Assembly (NCBI GenBank): GCA_965227515.1
Contig: CBDDFZ010000001.1
Location: 3,072,001 to 3,136,000 of the forward strand
Source of the DNA: Alphaproteobacteria bacterium
GTDB taxonomy: Bacteria; Pseudomonadota; Alphaproteobacteria; CALKHQ01
Reading direction: 5' to 3'
Length of the DNA stretch: 64,000 nucleotides
This document shows, piece after piece, positions 29,498 to 40,101 of the stretch. The position numbers and the translations under genes were made by a program. Position 1 is the stretch's first letter. The number at the start of each line of letters is the position of its first letter. The notes under the pieces are model-generated. The model saw only the letters and a list, made by a program, of their open reading frames with translations, was not told the origin of the DNA and did not search any database.

Positions 29498-30448
29498 TCA
29501 GCCCTGCAGGGCGGCCCACATCTCTTGGTCGCGCTCGGCGGTCCAGATGCGCGGCGTGTCCATGCCCAGGGCCTCGTCATAGGCGCGCGACACGTTGAAC
29601 GGCAGGCAGTGCTCGTAGATCGCGTAATTCGAAAATTTCGGGTCGCAGACCGCGCGCACCGCATCCCATGCCTCTTTCAGCGAGCCGCCGCGCGACGCCA
29701 CACGCGCCGCCGCGATGTAGGTCGAGGTGACGAAGTCGCGGGTGTAGTCGAGGGCGGCCTGGACCTGGGCGTCGCCCACCAGCGCGTCGCCGCGGCCGGG
29801 GGCGATGGCGACGGGATTGTAGGCCGCGATGGCATCCAGCGTGCCGGGCCAGTCGCCGAAGTGGCCGTCGCCGCAATAACAGGCGGAGTGGGATTCCACG
29901 ATGTCGCCGGTCATCATCACCTGCTCGTCGGGCACCCAGGCGACGATGTCGCCCGCGGTGTGGGCGCGGCCCAGATGCATCAGGTCGACCCGGCGCTGGC
30001 CGAGATAGACGGTCATCTTGCGTTCGAAGGTCATGGTCGGCCACGTCAGCCCGGGGATCGATTCATGGCCCTCGAACAGGCGCGGGAAACGGCCGAACTC
30101 GCTGTCCCAATCCTCCTTGCCACGTTCCGCGATCATCGTGCGGCATTTCTCCGACGCCAGGATCTGCTCGGCATCGTAGGCCGACGCGCCCAGCACCCGC
30201 ACCGCGTGATAGTGGCTGAGCACGACGTACTTGATCGGCTTGTCGGTGACGCCCCTGATCTTCTCGATCACCTTCGCCGCCAGCCGTGGGGTCGCCTGGG
30301 CATCGACGATCATCACGCTGTCGTCGCCAATGATGACGCCGGTGTTCGGATCCCCTTCCGCCGTGAACGCCCACAGGTCGCGGCCGATCTCGGTGAATGC
30401 GATCTTCTTTTCCGTCATGTCGCCCTGCGAGGCGAACGCTTTGGCCAT
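29498..30448 (-). CDS. MBL-fold metallo-hydrolase
   Basis: SHYHAVR variant metal motif, HTAGD, GDIVE, PGRG. Confidence 0.85.
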   Translation of the reverse strand: MAKAFASQGDMTEKKIAFTEIGRDLWAFTAEGDPNTGVIIGDDSVMIVDAQATPRLAAKVIEKIRGVTDKPIKYVVLSHYHAVRVLGASAYDAEQILASEKCRTMIAERGKEDWDSEFGRFPRLFEGHESIPGLTWPTMTFERKMTVYLGQRRVDLMHLGRAHTAGDIVAWVPDEQVMMTGDIVESHSACYCGDGHFGDWPGTLDAIAAYNPVAIAPGRGDALVGDAQVQAALDYTRDFVTSTYIAAARVASRGGSLKEAWDAVRAVCDPKFSNYAIYEHCLPFNVSRAYDEALGMDTPRIWTAERDQEMWAALQG

Positions 30449-30646
30449 GATGTCCTCCCGATGCGTAGCGGCGACAGGTTACGGCAAACCAGTGACGATG
30501 GTCACTTCCGTTGCCAGCCGGATTGGCAGACTATGTGAAGCAATACATGCCGGGCGGACCCGCGACGACGTCCGGCTACCGTTCGCCCGACAATTGCACG
30601 ACAGCCGCCCACCGACCCCCGACGGCGGCGCTGAAGGAGCAATGCC

Positions 30647-31306
30647 ATGTCCGCCGACGAAAATCTGAAACAGGCCCAGAAAGCCATCAACCTCACCAAG
30701 AACCACATCACCTGCTCCAATAACCTGCGCGGCGACCGCCTTGCCAGTTTCGATGGCGGGATCGAGGAGCTGATCGATCTTTGGAAACACGCTCCCATCG
30801 GGGACAAGTACAAGACGGACAAGCGGCCGATCGGGGCGATGCTGGCGCCGGTGCACCAGGACGCTCAGCTCGTCCGCGCAAAGGGCATTCAGCCCGACAG
30901 CGTCAGCAACATCTTCAAGATGGCTCAGAACGTCATCGATTCCGGGACGTCATACGGCAACTGCATGGAGCAGGCGGCGTTTGCGTTTTGTTTTCTGTAC
31001 CAATGGGGTGTTACGCCCATCGACTATATGTGCTTCTCCAACCGCAAGAAGGACAAGAAGGGCCGCGCCATGTACGACCACGCCTGGCTGGTCGTCGGGC
31101 TGGACGACGATGCGGACCTGGACAACCTGCGCACCTGGGGCGACGACGCGGTGTGGTGCGATCCCTGGCAGATGAAGGAAGGGCGCGCCTTCAAGATCAG
31201 CGATCTGGTGGCTGGCAGGGTGCGCAATCTGGATTGGCAGTTCCGCCTGGACTCAGCGGAGCGGATCGGCGAGGGCGAACCAGAGTCGCTGGTGCGCCAC
31301 AAGTAG
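30647..31306 (+). CDS. hypothetical protein with Cys-His-Asp papain/transglutaminase-like triad
   Basis: AAGGAG RBS; GNCMEQA ... DHAWLVVG ... WCDPW. Confidence 0.7.
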   Translation: MSADENLKQAQKAINLTKNHITCSNNLRGDRLASFDGGIEELIDLWKHAPIGDKYKTDKRPIGAMLAPVHQDAQLVRAKGIQPDSVSNIFKMAQNVIDSGTSYGNCMEQAAFAFCFLYQWGVTPIDYMCFSNRKKDKKGRAMYDHAWLVVGLDDDADLDNLRTWGDDAVWCDPWQMKEGRAFKISDLVAGRVRNLDWQFRLDSAERIGEGEPESLVRHK

Positions 31307-31339
31307 GGGGCGCCACGAATAGCGCGCGGCGCGGCCTTC

Positions 31340-31708
31340 TCAGGCGGCGGTCTTCTCGACCACCTCGTCGTCGGCCACGATGGTCTGGACCTGATGGATC
31401 CGGATCATCAGGCCGACATGACCTTCTTCCACCACGACGTTCTTGTCCGCCTGCCGCGGCAGCGGGATTTGGCGGCCGATGCACAGGCGGGCCAACGCCT
31501 CCTGCAGATCGGCGACGGGCATGGTGATCTTCGACGAGCTGCCGTCGAAGCGGCCGCGCCGGCGAATGACGGCAATGTCGTCGTCCAGGATGGCGACGGA
31601 TTCAATGTAGGCGCCGTCCCATGCTTCGTCGGTGTCCTGAAGGCGGAGGATCAGGGCGTCGACGACGTCGCTGTATTCGAACAGGATGGTGCGGGCTTCG
31701 GAGATCAT
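31340..31708 (-). CDS. hypothetical protein
   Basis: 122-aa ORF filling the gap between neighbours, plausible composition (ALARLCIGRQIPLPRQADK). Confidence 0.6.
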   Translation of the reverse strand: MISEARTILFEYSDVVDALILRLQDTDEAWDGAYIESVAILDDDIAVIRRRGRFDGSSSKITMPVADLQEALARLCIGRQIPLPRQADKNVVVEEGHVGLMIRIHQVQTIVADDEVVEKTAA

Positions 31709-31916
31709 CGGCTGAACCCATTCGGTTCTTCACGGGGCGACCCCAGACCTGCCACGCCGTGCGCGGCGCCTGTGGACTGAACTTGCACGCGCCATTGTCC
31801 CCGATAACACTTAATAACGGGTTCATCGTATAACGCATTGAATTCAAATGCGAACTGTATGCCGCCGAGTGTCGATGGCGCACTTGGGCGCGGGCGCAGA
31901 TCAACTGACAGGCGCT

Positions 31917-32450
31917 TCAGGCGGTCGTCTTGGCCCGCTCCATGGCCGTAACGATCATTTGCTTCACCTCGTCGACATCGCCCCAGCGCACCAGCTTGAC
32001 CCACTTGTCCGGCTCCAGGTCCTTGTAGTGGGTGAAGAAGTGCTCGATTTGCTCGATGGTGATCGGCGGTAGATCCCGATACGAGGCAATCGCCTCATAA
32101 CGACGGGTGAGCTGGCGGCTGGGCACGGCGACCACTTTCTCGTCCGGCCCGGCCTCGTCCTCCATCACCAGCACGCCGATCGGCCGGCAATTGATCAGGC
32201 AGCCCGGCACCAAGGGCCGGGTCGAGGCGCACAGCACGTCGATGGGGTCGCCGTCCTCCGACAAAGTGTGCGGCACGAAGCCGTAGTTCCCGGGATAGCG
32301 CATCGGCGTGTAGAGGAAGCGGTCGACCACCAGCGCGCCGGACGCCTTGTCCAGCTCGTACTTGATGGGCTCGCCGCCGGTCGGCACCTCGATGATGACA
32401 TTGATGTCTTCGGGCGGATTGGTCCCGGTCGCGATTGCGCTGATGTCCAT
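31917..32450 (-). CDS. ppa: inorganic pyrophosphatase
   Basis: [32 protein letters not shown]; start MDISAI. Confidence 0.95.
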   Translation of the reverse strand: MDISAIATGTNPPEDINVIIEVPTGGEPIKYELDKASGALVVDRFLYTPMRYPGNYGFVPHTLSEDGDPIDVLCASTRPLVPGCLINCRPIGVLVMEDEAGPDEKVVAVPSRQLTRRYEAIASYRDLPPITIEQIEHFFTHYKDLEPDKWVKLVRWGDVDEVKQMIVTAMERAKTTA

Positions 32451-32570
32451 GGCTTCACTGCCTGCTGTTTGCGCTCTGGCGCCGGCGATGGGAAACGACT
32501 GGGCTCCCATCGCGGGCGAGCGGGTGGGGTCGGTGTGGCGGCTACCTGCAAGCCCGCCATTAACATGATT

Positions 32571-32660
32571 TGGCGGAGGCGGAGGGATTCGAACCCCCGG
32601 TACGCGCAAACGTACAACGGTTTTCAAGACCGCCGCTTTCAACCACTCAGCCACGCCTCC
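32571..32660 (-). tRNA. tRNA-Ser(UGA)
   Basis: GGAGGCGTGGCTGAGTGG...CT-TGA-AA...long variable arm...GGTTCGAATCC...CCA, 90 nt. Confidence 0.96.
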
Positions 32661-32925
32661 AGCCTAGGAATATCGGCGGCTTAGAGGAACCGGGCAGGGA
32701 AGGCAAGGCTGGGCCGCGACTGGGGTCGTAACTGGGACCGCAGCCCTTGCCGCTGCCGCGTCAGCCCCATGGCGCGCCAATGCCGCCGTGGGGGGCGCCG
32801 TCTACTCCGACACGGAATCGGCTCCACTTGCGCATCCCTCAAAGAGTTAATGAACCGATCGCGTCCTGGCGTCGTCTTCCTGACCAGAGCGACATCGTGT
32901 TGCCCCGAAACAGGAGGCTCTGATT

Positions 32926-33363
32926 ATGCGAAACATTACTCGAATGACTGCGATTGTGATGGCCGCCGCACTGGCGACTTCGGGTCCCGTTCTGGCCGCC
33001 GACCCACCCGGTTCCACGCCCGCGAGCCCGCCGCGCGATCCCGCTCCGGGAATGCCCGATCTTCTGCCGAACGACAACGCGGGTCCGACCGTTGGCGGCA
33101 TCGACCGCGTGCCGCCGAACCTTCCGCAACCTGGCAACACGCCGGTGCCCGGACTAACCGCGGACAGCCTGATCGATCTCGATCTGATCGGCGCGACCGA
33201 CTTCGTATATGCGCCCGGTTCCTGCTACGGACTGCTGTTTTGCTGCAACGACGCCTGGGTGCAGGGGTGCGAGTGGATTGAGTACACATGCTGGCAGTGG
33301 GGCGGCACGCTGGACTCCCACATGTTGAGCGACGGCAGCACCAGATACGAGTGCAGCTGGTAG
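32926..33363 (+). CDS. exported protein with Pro-rich linker and Cys-rich C-terminus
   Basis: AGGAGG RBS, signal peptide ending VLA, six Cys in the last 50 aa. Confidence 0.72.
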   Translation: MRNITRMTAIVMAAALATSGPVLAADPPGSTPASPPRDPAPGMPDLLPNDNAGPTVGGIDRVPPNLPQPGNTPVPGLTADSLIDLDLIGATDFVYAPGSCYGLLFCCNDAWVQGCEWIEYTCWQWGGTLDSHMLSDGSTRYECSW

Positions 33364-33572
33364 ACGCATCTCGGCTCGGCGCAATTGCCGCGTTCAACCG
33401 CGCGGCCATCCACCCAGGCGCCGAGGCTGCTGTCCGGCCTGAGCGCGTGAATCGCCCGACAAATCGAAAGGCTGACGGCAATTGGGCAGCCCCGCCCACA
33501 TTGCGGTGAGGTCAGTGGAGCGTGGTCCTGGATTGGTCTACGCTGCCGCAGGTTCACCAGCGATTCGAGGTC

Positions 33573-34817
33573 ATGATGGGCATCCACGGCGCCTGCTGGG
33601 TGTTAGCGGTTGGACTGGCTGTTGGCATTTCCGCGTGCGCGCCGCGTCCGGGCCCGGCACCGTTGCCGCCCGAGCCGGCGCAGACGTTCGTCGAACCGCC
33701 GCCGCCACCGGCGCAGCCGACCACGCCGATCCAGCAAACCCCGATATCGTCGACGGCGTTGCCGCCTGCCCCGGGGCAGTCCCAGGGACAGGTGCAGGGG
33801 CAGGCCGACGGCCTGTCGTGGCAATCTCCGGACGGGACGGTCAGTGCCTCGGCGGACGGTGGCGCCTTGCCGCCGGCCCCGCCGGTGCAGAGCGGCGGCG
33901 ATGCCGATTTCCAGGCCTGGCTGGCCGCCAACATCACACCGACCGCGCTGGCGCGCGGCGTCTCGCAACAGACCATCGATGCTGCCTTCGCCGGGCTGTC
34001 GCCGATCCAGGAGGTGATCGACCTCGACCGCAACCAGCCGGAGAGCCGGCTGACGTTCGAGGAATACCTGGCGCGCACCGTCACGCTGGAACGCATCGCC
34101 GAGGGCAAGCGCCTGCTGGTCGAGCATCGGGACACGCTGCAACGGGTCGCTGCGTCCTATGGCGTGCAGCCGCGTTTCATCGTGGCGCTGTGGGGCACGG
34201 AGACCAACTTCGGCGGCTATATGGGCGACACCCCGGTGATCGGCGCGCTGGCCACGCTGGCCTATGACGGCCGGCGTCGCGACTATTTCAGCGGCGAGCT
34301 GGTGAATGCCCTGGTCATCCTGCAGGACGGCCATATCACCCCGCAGGCGATGATCGGGTCGTGGGCCGGCGCCATGGGGCAGTGCCAGTTCATGCCGTCC
34401 TCGTTCCTGCGTTTCGCGGTGGACTTCACCGGCGATGGGCGCAAGGACATCTGGGGCACCGAGCCCGACGTCTTCGCGTCCGCCGCCAACTACCTCAGTG
34501 GCATCGGCTGGAACGACGACTACACCTGGGGCCGCGCCGTGGCGCTGCCGGACGGGTTCAACACCGGCCTTGCCGATGTCGACAGCAGCCGTCCGCTCAG
34601 CGCGTGGCAGGACCTCGGCGTTCGGCTGCCGGACGGCGGCGACCTGCCGTCGGTCGCCATCGATGCCGCGCTGGTGCTGCCGGATGGTGCCGGCGGCCGT
34701 GCCTATCTGGCCTATGACAACTATCAGGTACTGCTGGGCTGGAACCGCTCGACGTATTTTGCTACGTCGATTGGGCTGTTGTCGGACGCGATCGCGGCCG
34801 GGCTGGAGGGCGTATAG
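33573..34817 (+). CDS. mltB: lytic murein transglycosylase (MltB family), probable lipoprotein
   Basis: ISAC lipobox-like; WGTETNFG, GSWAGAMGQCQFMPSSF, DFTGDGRKDIW. Confidence 0.9.
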   Translation: MMGIHGACWVLAVGLAVGISACAPRPGPAPLPPEPAQTFVEPPPPPAQPTTPIQQTPISSTALPPAPGQSQGQVQGQADGLSWQSPDGTVSASADGGALPPAPPVQSGGDADFQAWLAANITPTALARGVSQQTIDAAFAGLSPIQEVIDLDRNQPESRLTFEEYLARTVTLERIAEGKRLLVEHRDTLQRVAASYGVQPRFIVALWGTETNFGGYMGDTPVIGALATLAYDGRRRDYFSGELVNALVILQDGHITPQAMIGSWAGAMGQCQFMPSSFLRFAVDFTGDGRKDIWGTEPDVFASAANYLSGIGWNDDYTWGRAVALPDGFNTGLADVDSSRPLSAWQDLGVRLPDGGDLPSVAIDAALVLPDGAGGRAYLAYDNYQVLLGWNRSTYFATSIGLLSDAIAAGLEGV

Positions 34818-34873
34818 CCGCCAAGCCGCCCGGCACGGGGAGACGCCGCCGTCGGCATGCCAACGAACGACGT

Positions 34874-35461
<588 letters not shown>

Positions 35462-35521
35462 GGCGCGAGCCTGAGAGCCGCCGGTCTGAAGTACATTTCG
35501 GCCGGCATTGGGGGTGTTGCG

Positions 35522-36688
35522 ATGCAAAAGCTGATGCGGCGCACCGTCTCTGCGCTGGGGGCAGCGCTGGGCCTGGCGGTTGCCGCGCTGCCGGTCGCCG
35601 GTGTGTGGAGCGGCGAGGCGCGGGCCTTCGAGATGGGCAGCACCGCGCGCGAGGCGATCCTGATCGACCTCACCACCGGCACCGTGTTGATGGAGCAGAA
35701 CGCTGACGAGTTGATGCCGCCGGCTTCGATGAGCAAGCTGATGACCATCTACCTGCTGTTCAAGTATCTGGCCGAGGGCCGCTTGAACATCAACGACCAG
35801 CTTCCGGTGTCGCAGTTCGCCATGGACCGCAACGGCTCCGATATGTTCCTGGAGGCGGGCCAGCGGGTGCGGGTGGACGACCTGATGCGCGGCATCATCG
35901 TGCAGTCGGGCAACGATGCCAGCATCGTGGTGGCGGAGGGTCTTGCCGGCAGCGAGACGGCGTTTGCGGAACTGATGACGCGGGAGGCGCGGGCGCTGGG
36001 CATGGAGCACAGCACGTTCGCCAATTCCACCGGGTGGCCCGATCCCAACCACCGCATGACCGCGCGCGACCTGGCGATCCTCGCCACCCACCTGATCCAG
36101 GATTACCCAGAGCACTACGCAATCTTCAGCGAGCGCGAATTCACCTACAACGACATCACCCAGCCCAACCGCAACCCGTTGCTGTCGCGCAACATCGGTG
36201 CCGATGGCCTTAAGACCGGCCACACAGAAGAGGCGGGCTATGGGCTCGTCGCGTCGGCGGTGCGCGGCAACCGCCGGCTGCTGTTGGTGGTGCACGGCCT
36301 GGGCACCGAACAGCAGCGCGCCGACGAGGCCGCGCGGCTGATCGACTGGGGGTTTTCCGAGTTTGAGCTGCTCGACATGTACGCCGACGGCGACGTGGTG
36401 ACGTCCGCCGAGGTGTGGATGGGCGAAGAGGAGCAGGTGCCCCTGGTGGTGCACGAGGACGCCCGGGTCTCGATCTACCGGCGCGAGATCGACGAGATGC
36501 GGGTGACCGTCAAGCTGGACGGGCCGATCCCGGCGCCTGTGGCGGCCGGCGATCCGGTCGCGCGCCTGGAGATCACGGCGCCGGGGATGGAGCCGCGGGT
36601 CTACACGCTCTATGCCGGCGAGTCCGTGCCGGAGGCCGGATTCCTCGGCCGAATCTGGGCGACGCTGAACTACCTGGTCTTCGGCTGA
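35522..36688 (+). CDS. dacA: D-alanyl-D-alanine carboxypeptidase
   Basis: SMSK (SxxK), SGN, KTG motifs. Confidence 0.92.
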   Translation: MQKLMRRTVSALGAALGLAVAALPVAGVWSGEARAFEMGSTAREAILIDLTTGTVLMEQNADELMPPASMSKLMTIYLLFKYLAEGRLNINDQLPVSQFAMDRNGSDMFLEAGQRVRVDDLMRGIIVQSGNDASIVVAEGLAGSETAFAELMTREARALGMEHSTFANSTGWPDPNHRMTARDLAILATHLIQDYPEHYAIFSEREFTYNDITQPNRNPLLSRNIGADGLKTGHTEEAGYGLVASAVRGNRRLLLVVHGLGTEQQRADEAARLIDWGFSEFELLDMYADGDVVTSAEVWMGEEEQVPLVVHEDARVSIYRREIDEMRVTVKLDGPIPAPVAAGDPVARLEITAPGMEPRVYTLYAGESVPEAGFLGRIWATLNYLVFG

Positions 36689-36691
36689 CCG

Positions 36692-37366
36692 GTGCAGGCG
36701 GCGACCGCGCGTTTCATCACGTTCGAGGGCGGGGAAGGGGCCGGCAAGTCGACCCAGGTGGTGCGCACCACGGCGTGGCTGCGCGGCCTTGGGGTCGATG
36801 TGGTGCAGACCCGCGAGCCCGGTGGCGCTCCGGGCGCCGAGTTGATCCGTAACCTTCTGGTCCAGGGCGAAGTCGACCGGTGGGAGCCGTGGACCGAGAC
36901 CTTGTTGCACTACGCCGCCCGCAGCGAGCACGTGGCGCGGACCATCAAGCCGGCGCTGGCCGAGGGGCGTTGGGTGGTGTGCGACCGGTTCGCCGATTCC
37001 ACCGCGGCCTATCAGGGTGTCGCCGGCGGCATCGGCCTGGACCGTGTGGACCGGCTACATGAACTGAGTGTGGGCGATTTCGCGCCCGATCTGACCCTGG
37101 TGCTCGACCTGCCGGTTGAGCAGGGGCTGGCGCGCGCCGGGCACCGCGATGGTATTGCGGCTGAGCAGGGCATCGCGGCCGACCGGTATGAGCGGATGGG
37201 CCGCGCCTTCCACGAGAAGGTCAGGGCCGGTCTGCTTGAGATCGCCGCAAACGCGCCGGAGCGGTGCCGCGTCGTCGACGCCGCGCGCGACCCCGATGCC
37301 GTCGGCGCGGACATCCGCCATATCATCGCCGCGCGCTTCGGGCTGGAAGGTGCCGGCGATGGCTGA
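36692..37366 (+). CDS. tmk: thymidylate kinase
   Basis: FEGGEGAGKST, TREPGG, CDRFADS. Confidence 0.95.
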   Translation: MQAATARFITFEGGEGAGKSTQVVRTTAWLRGLGVDVVQTREPGGAPGAELIRNLLVQGEVDRWEPWTETLLHYAARSEHVARTIKPALAEGRWVVCDRFADSTAAYQGVAGGIGLDRVDRLHELSVGDFAPDLTLVLDLPVEQGLARAGHRDGIAAEQGIAADRYERMGRAFHEKVRAGLLEIAANAPERCRVVDAARDPDAVGADIRHIIAARFGLEGAGDG

Positions 37367-38462
37367 GCGCAATGGCAGTTCAGATGGCGCCGTGGAGGTG
37401 CCGACACCCCGTGAGACCGAGAACCTGGTCGGCCACGACGAGGCCGAACGGCGGCTCGCCCAGCTCTGGCAGGCCGGGCGCTGGCCGCACGCGCTGCTGA
37501 TCACCGGCCCGCAAGGCATCGGCAAGGCGACGCTGGCCTACCGGCTGGCACGGGTCATCCTGGGCGGCAAGGTCACCGACGGCAGCGATTGGCAGGTTCC
37601 GGCTGGCGATCCTGTGTTCCGCCGGGTGGCGTCGGGCGGCCACACCGACCTGGTGGTGGTCGAACGCCCGGTCGATGAGAAAACCGGCAAGGTCCGCGCC
37701 GAGATCACCGTCAATGAGGTCCGCAAGGCGGTGCGGTTCGTGCGCCACACCTCGGGAGAGGGCGACTGGCGGGTGGTGATCGTCGACGCGGCCGACGACC
37801 TCAACCGCTCGGCCGCCAATGCGCTGCTGAAGATCCTGGAGGAGCCGCCGCGCCAGGTCGCCATGCTGCTGGTCGCCCATGCGCCGGGGCGGCTGTTGCC
37901 GACCATTCGCTCGCGCTGCCGCAACGTGCCGCTGCAGCCCTTGTCCCCGCCGGATATGGCCCGGGTGCTGGCCGGCAACGGGTCGGGCGACGCGGATACC
38001 AGCGAGGTGCTGGCGCTGGCGGCCGGGCGGCCGGGCAGTGTCGCCAGCATCGCCGCCCATGGCGGGCTCGCGACCTATCGCGACATGATGGGTTTGCTCG
38101 ACCCGTTGCCGCGGCTGGACGTTGCCGGCGTGCTGAAGTTCGCCGACCGGTTCGGCCGCGCCGGCACCGACGATGCGTTCGCCGTGTTCCAGGGGCTGTG
38201 GCTCGACTGGCTGGCCCGCCTGGTCCGCCATGGCGCCAGCGGTAGGGACACAACCACGCCGAGCCCGCGCGAGGCGGACCTCAATCGTCAGCTCGCCGCC
38301 GCAGGCCCGCTTGATCCGTGGCTGGAGGTGTGGGAGAACACGCGCGCCGCGTTCGCCCGCACCGACGGGCTGAATCTGGACCGGCGGCAGACCGTGCTGT
38401 CAATGTTCCAAGCCTGTGCAGAGGCAGCTTCGGGGGCCGCATCGGGGCGCGCCATCAGATAG
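37359..38462 (+). CDS. holB: DNA polymerase III subunit delta-prime
   Basis: HALLITGPQGIGK, AANALLKILEEP, LPTIRSRC; follows tmk. Confidence 0.93.
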   Translation: MAERNGSSDGAVEVPTPRETENLVGHDEAERRLAQLWQAGRWPHALLITGPQGIGKATLAYRLARVILGGKVTDGSDWQVPAGDPVFRRVASGGHTDLVVVERPVDEKTGKVRAEITVNEVRKAVRFVRHTSGEGDWRVVIVDAADDLNRSAANALLKILEEPPRQVAMLLVAHAPGRLLPTIRSRCRNVPLQPLSPPDMARVLAGNGSGDADTSEVLALAAGRPGSVASIAAHGGLATYRDMMGLLDPLPRLDVAGVLKFADRFGRAGTDDAFAVFQGLWLDWLARLVRHGASGRDTTTPSPREADLNRQLAAAGPLDPWLEVWENTRAAFARTDGLNLDRRQTVLSMFQACAEAASGAASGRAIR

Positions 38463-38534
38463 CCGACATCGGGGTGCAAACGCGGTCGTTCGTTGCCGCG
38501 CACACACCGCCCCGCCTAGCTGGAGTTCACCGTC

Positions 38535-40097
38535 ATGGCCGATCAGCGGCCTCCGTTCTACATCACGACGCCGATCTACTACGTCAACGACGTGCCCCAC
38601 ATCGGGCACGCCTACACCACGCTTGCCTGCGATGCGATGGCCAGGTTCAAGCGGCTGGACGGCTGTGACGTGATGTTCCTGACCGGCACCGACGAGCACG
38701 GCCAGAAGGTGGAAAAGGCGGCATCGGCGGCCGGTATCGCGCCGCAGGCCTTCACCGACCGGGTGTCCGGCAATTTCCGCGACTTGGCGGCGGCGCTGAA
38801 CGTCAGCAACGACGACTTCATCCGCACCACCGAGGACCGGCACACCGTGGCCTCCCAGGCGATCTGGCAGGCGCTGGAGGCCAACGGCCACATCTATCTG
38901 GGCGCGTATGAGGGCTGGTACGCGGTGCGCGACGAGGCGTTCTACGCCGAGAGCGAGGTCACCGTCGGGCCAGACGGCAAGCGCTATGGCCCCAGCGGCG
39001 CGGAAGTGGAGTGGCTGAAGGAGCCGTCCTACTTCTTCCGGCTGTCCGCGTGGCAGGACAAGCTGTTGGCGTTCTATGAGGAGAACCCGGACTTCATCGC
39101 GCCGGAAAGCCGCCGCAACGAGGTGCTGAGCTTCGTGAAAGGCGGGCTGAAGGATTTGTCGATCTCGCGGGCGAGCTTCTCGTGGGGCGTCCCGGTGCCG
39201 GGCGACGACGATCACGTGATGTATGTGTGGCTGGACGCGCTGACCAACTACATCACCGCGCTTGGCTACCCCGACTGCTCGACCGACAAGTTCACGACGT
39301 TCTGGCCGCACGCCATGCACGTGGTGGGCAAGGACATCCTTCGCTTCCACGCCGTCTACTGGCCGGCGTTCCTGATGGGGGCGGGGGTGGCGCCGCCGCT
39401 GCGGGTGTTCGCCCATGGTTGGTGGACCAACGAGGGCCAGAAGATCTCCAAGAGCGTCGGCAACGTGATCGACCCGCACGCGCTGATCGCCGAGTACGGG
39501 CTGGACCCGGTGCGCTATTTCCTGCTGCGCGAGGTGCCGTTCGGCAATGACGGCGACTTCTCGCGCCGGGCGATGATTTCGCGCCTGAACAATGAGTTGG
39601 CGAACGATCTTGGCAATCTGGCGCAACGGGTTCTGAGCATGATCGCGAAGAACTGCGACGGCGCGGTGCCGCAGCCGGGCGACTTCACCGACGACGACCA
39701 GGCATTGCTTGGCGCGTGCCACGGCCTGCGCGACCGCATGGCGGCGGCGTTCGACGAGCAGGCGCTGCATCGCGGGATCGAGGCGTTGTTCGAAGTGGTG
39801 AGCGAGGCCAACCGCTATGTCGACGCGCAGGCGCCGTGGGCGTTGCGCAAGACCGACCCGGCGCGGATGGCAACGGTGCTCTACGTGCTGGCCGAGGCGA
39901 TCCGCCATATCGGCATACTGGCGCAACCGGTGATGCCGGAGTCCGGCGGCAAGATCCTCGATCTGGTCGCGGTCGGCGAGGGCGCGCGCGACTTCGCGCA
40001 TCTGGGCCCCGGCAGCGCGCTTGCGCCGGGCACGCCGCTGCCGAAGCCGGCGCCCGTGTTCCCGCGCTATGTCGAAGAAGAGGCGGCGACCGCCTGA
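38535..40097 (+). CDS. metG: methionyl-tRNA synthetase
   Basis: PHIGH, GTDEHGQK, KDILRFH, KISKS. Confidence 0.97.
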   Translation: MADQRPPFYITTPIYYVNDVPHIGHAYTTLACDAMARFKRLDGCDVMFLTGTDEHGQKVEKAASAAGIAPQAFTDRVSGNFRDLAAALNVSNDDFIRTTEDRHTVASQAIWQALEANGHIYLGAYEGWYAVRDEAFYAESEVTVGPDGKRYGPSGAEVEWLKEPSYFFRLSAWQDKLLAFYEENPDFIAPESRRNEVLSFVKGGLKDLSISRASFSWGVPVPGDDDHVMYVWLDALTNYITALGYPDCSTDKFTTFWPHAMHVVGKDILRFHAVYWPAFLMGAGVAPPLRVFAHGWWTNEGQKISKSVGNVIDPHALIAEYGLDPVRYFLLREVPFGNDGDFSRRAMISRLNNELANDLGNLAQRVLSMIAKNCDGAVPQPGDFTDDDQALLGACHGLRDRMAAAFDEQALHRGIEALFEVVSEANRYVDAQAPWALRKTDPARMATVLYVLAEAIRHIGILAQPVMPESGGKILDLVAVGEGARDFAHLGPGSALAPGTPLPKPAPVFPRYVEEEAATA

Positions 40098-40101
40098 GCC
40101 G

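Noticed and set aside
31811-31825. TTAA-N7-TTCA as a CtrA box upstream of 31340..31708
   Set aside because: Single imperfect match in an AT-rich spacer with no supporting context.
32451-32654. N-terminal extension of ppa in the ORF track ([12 protein letters not shown]...)
   Set aside because: It is a translation of the tRNA-Ser gene and spacer; ppa starts at 32450.
32571-32660. tRNA-Ser as an island attachment site
   Set aside because: No duplicated tRNA 3' end or integrase noticed in the window.
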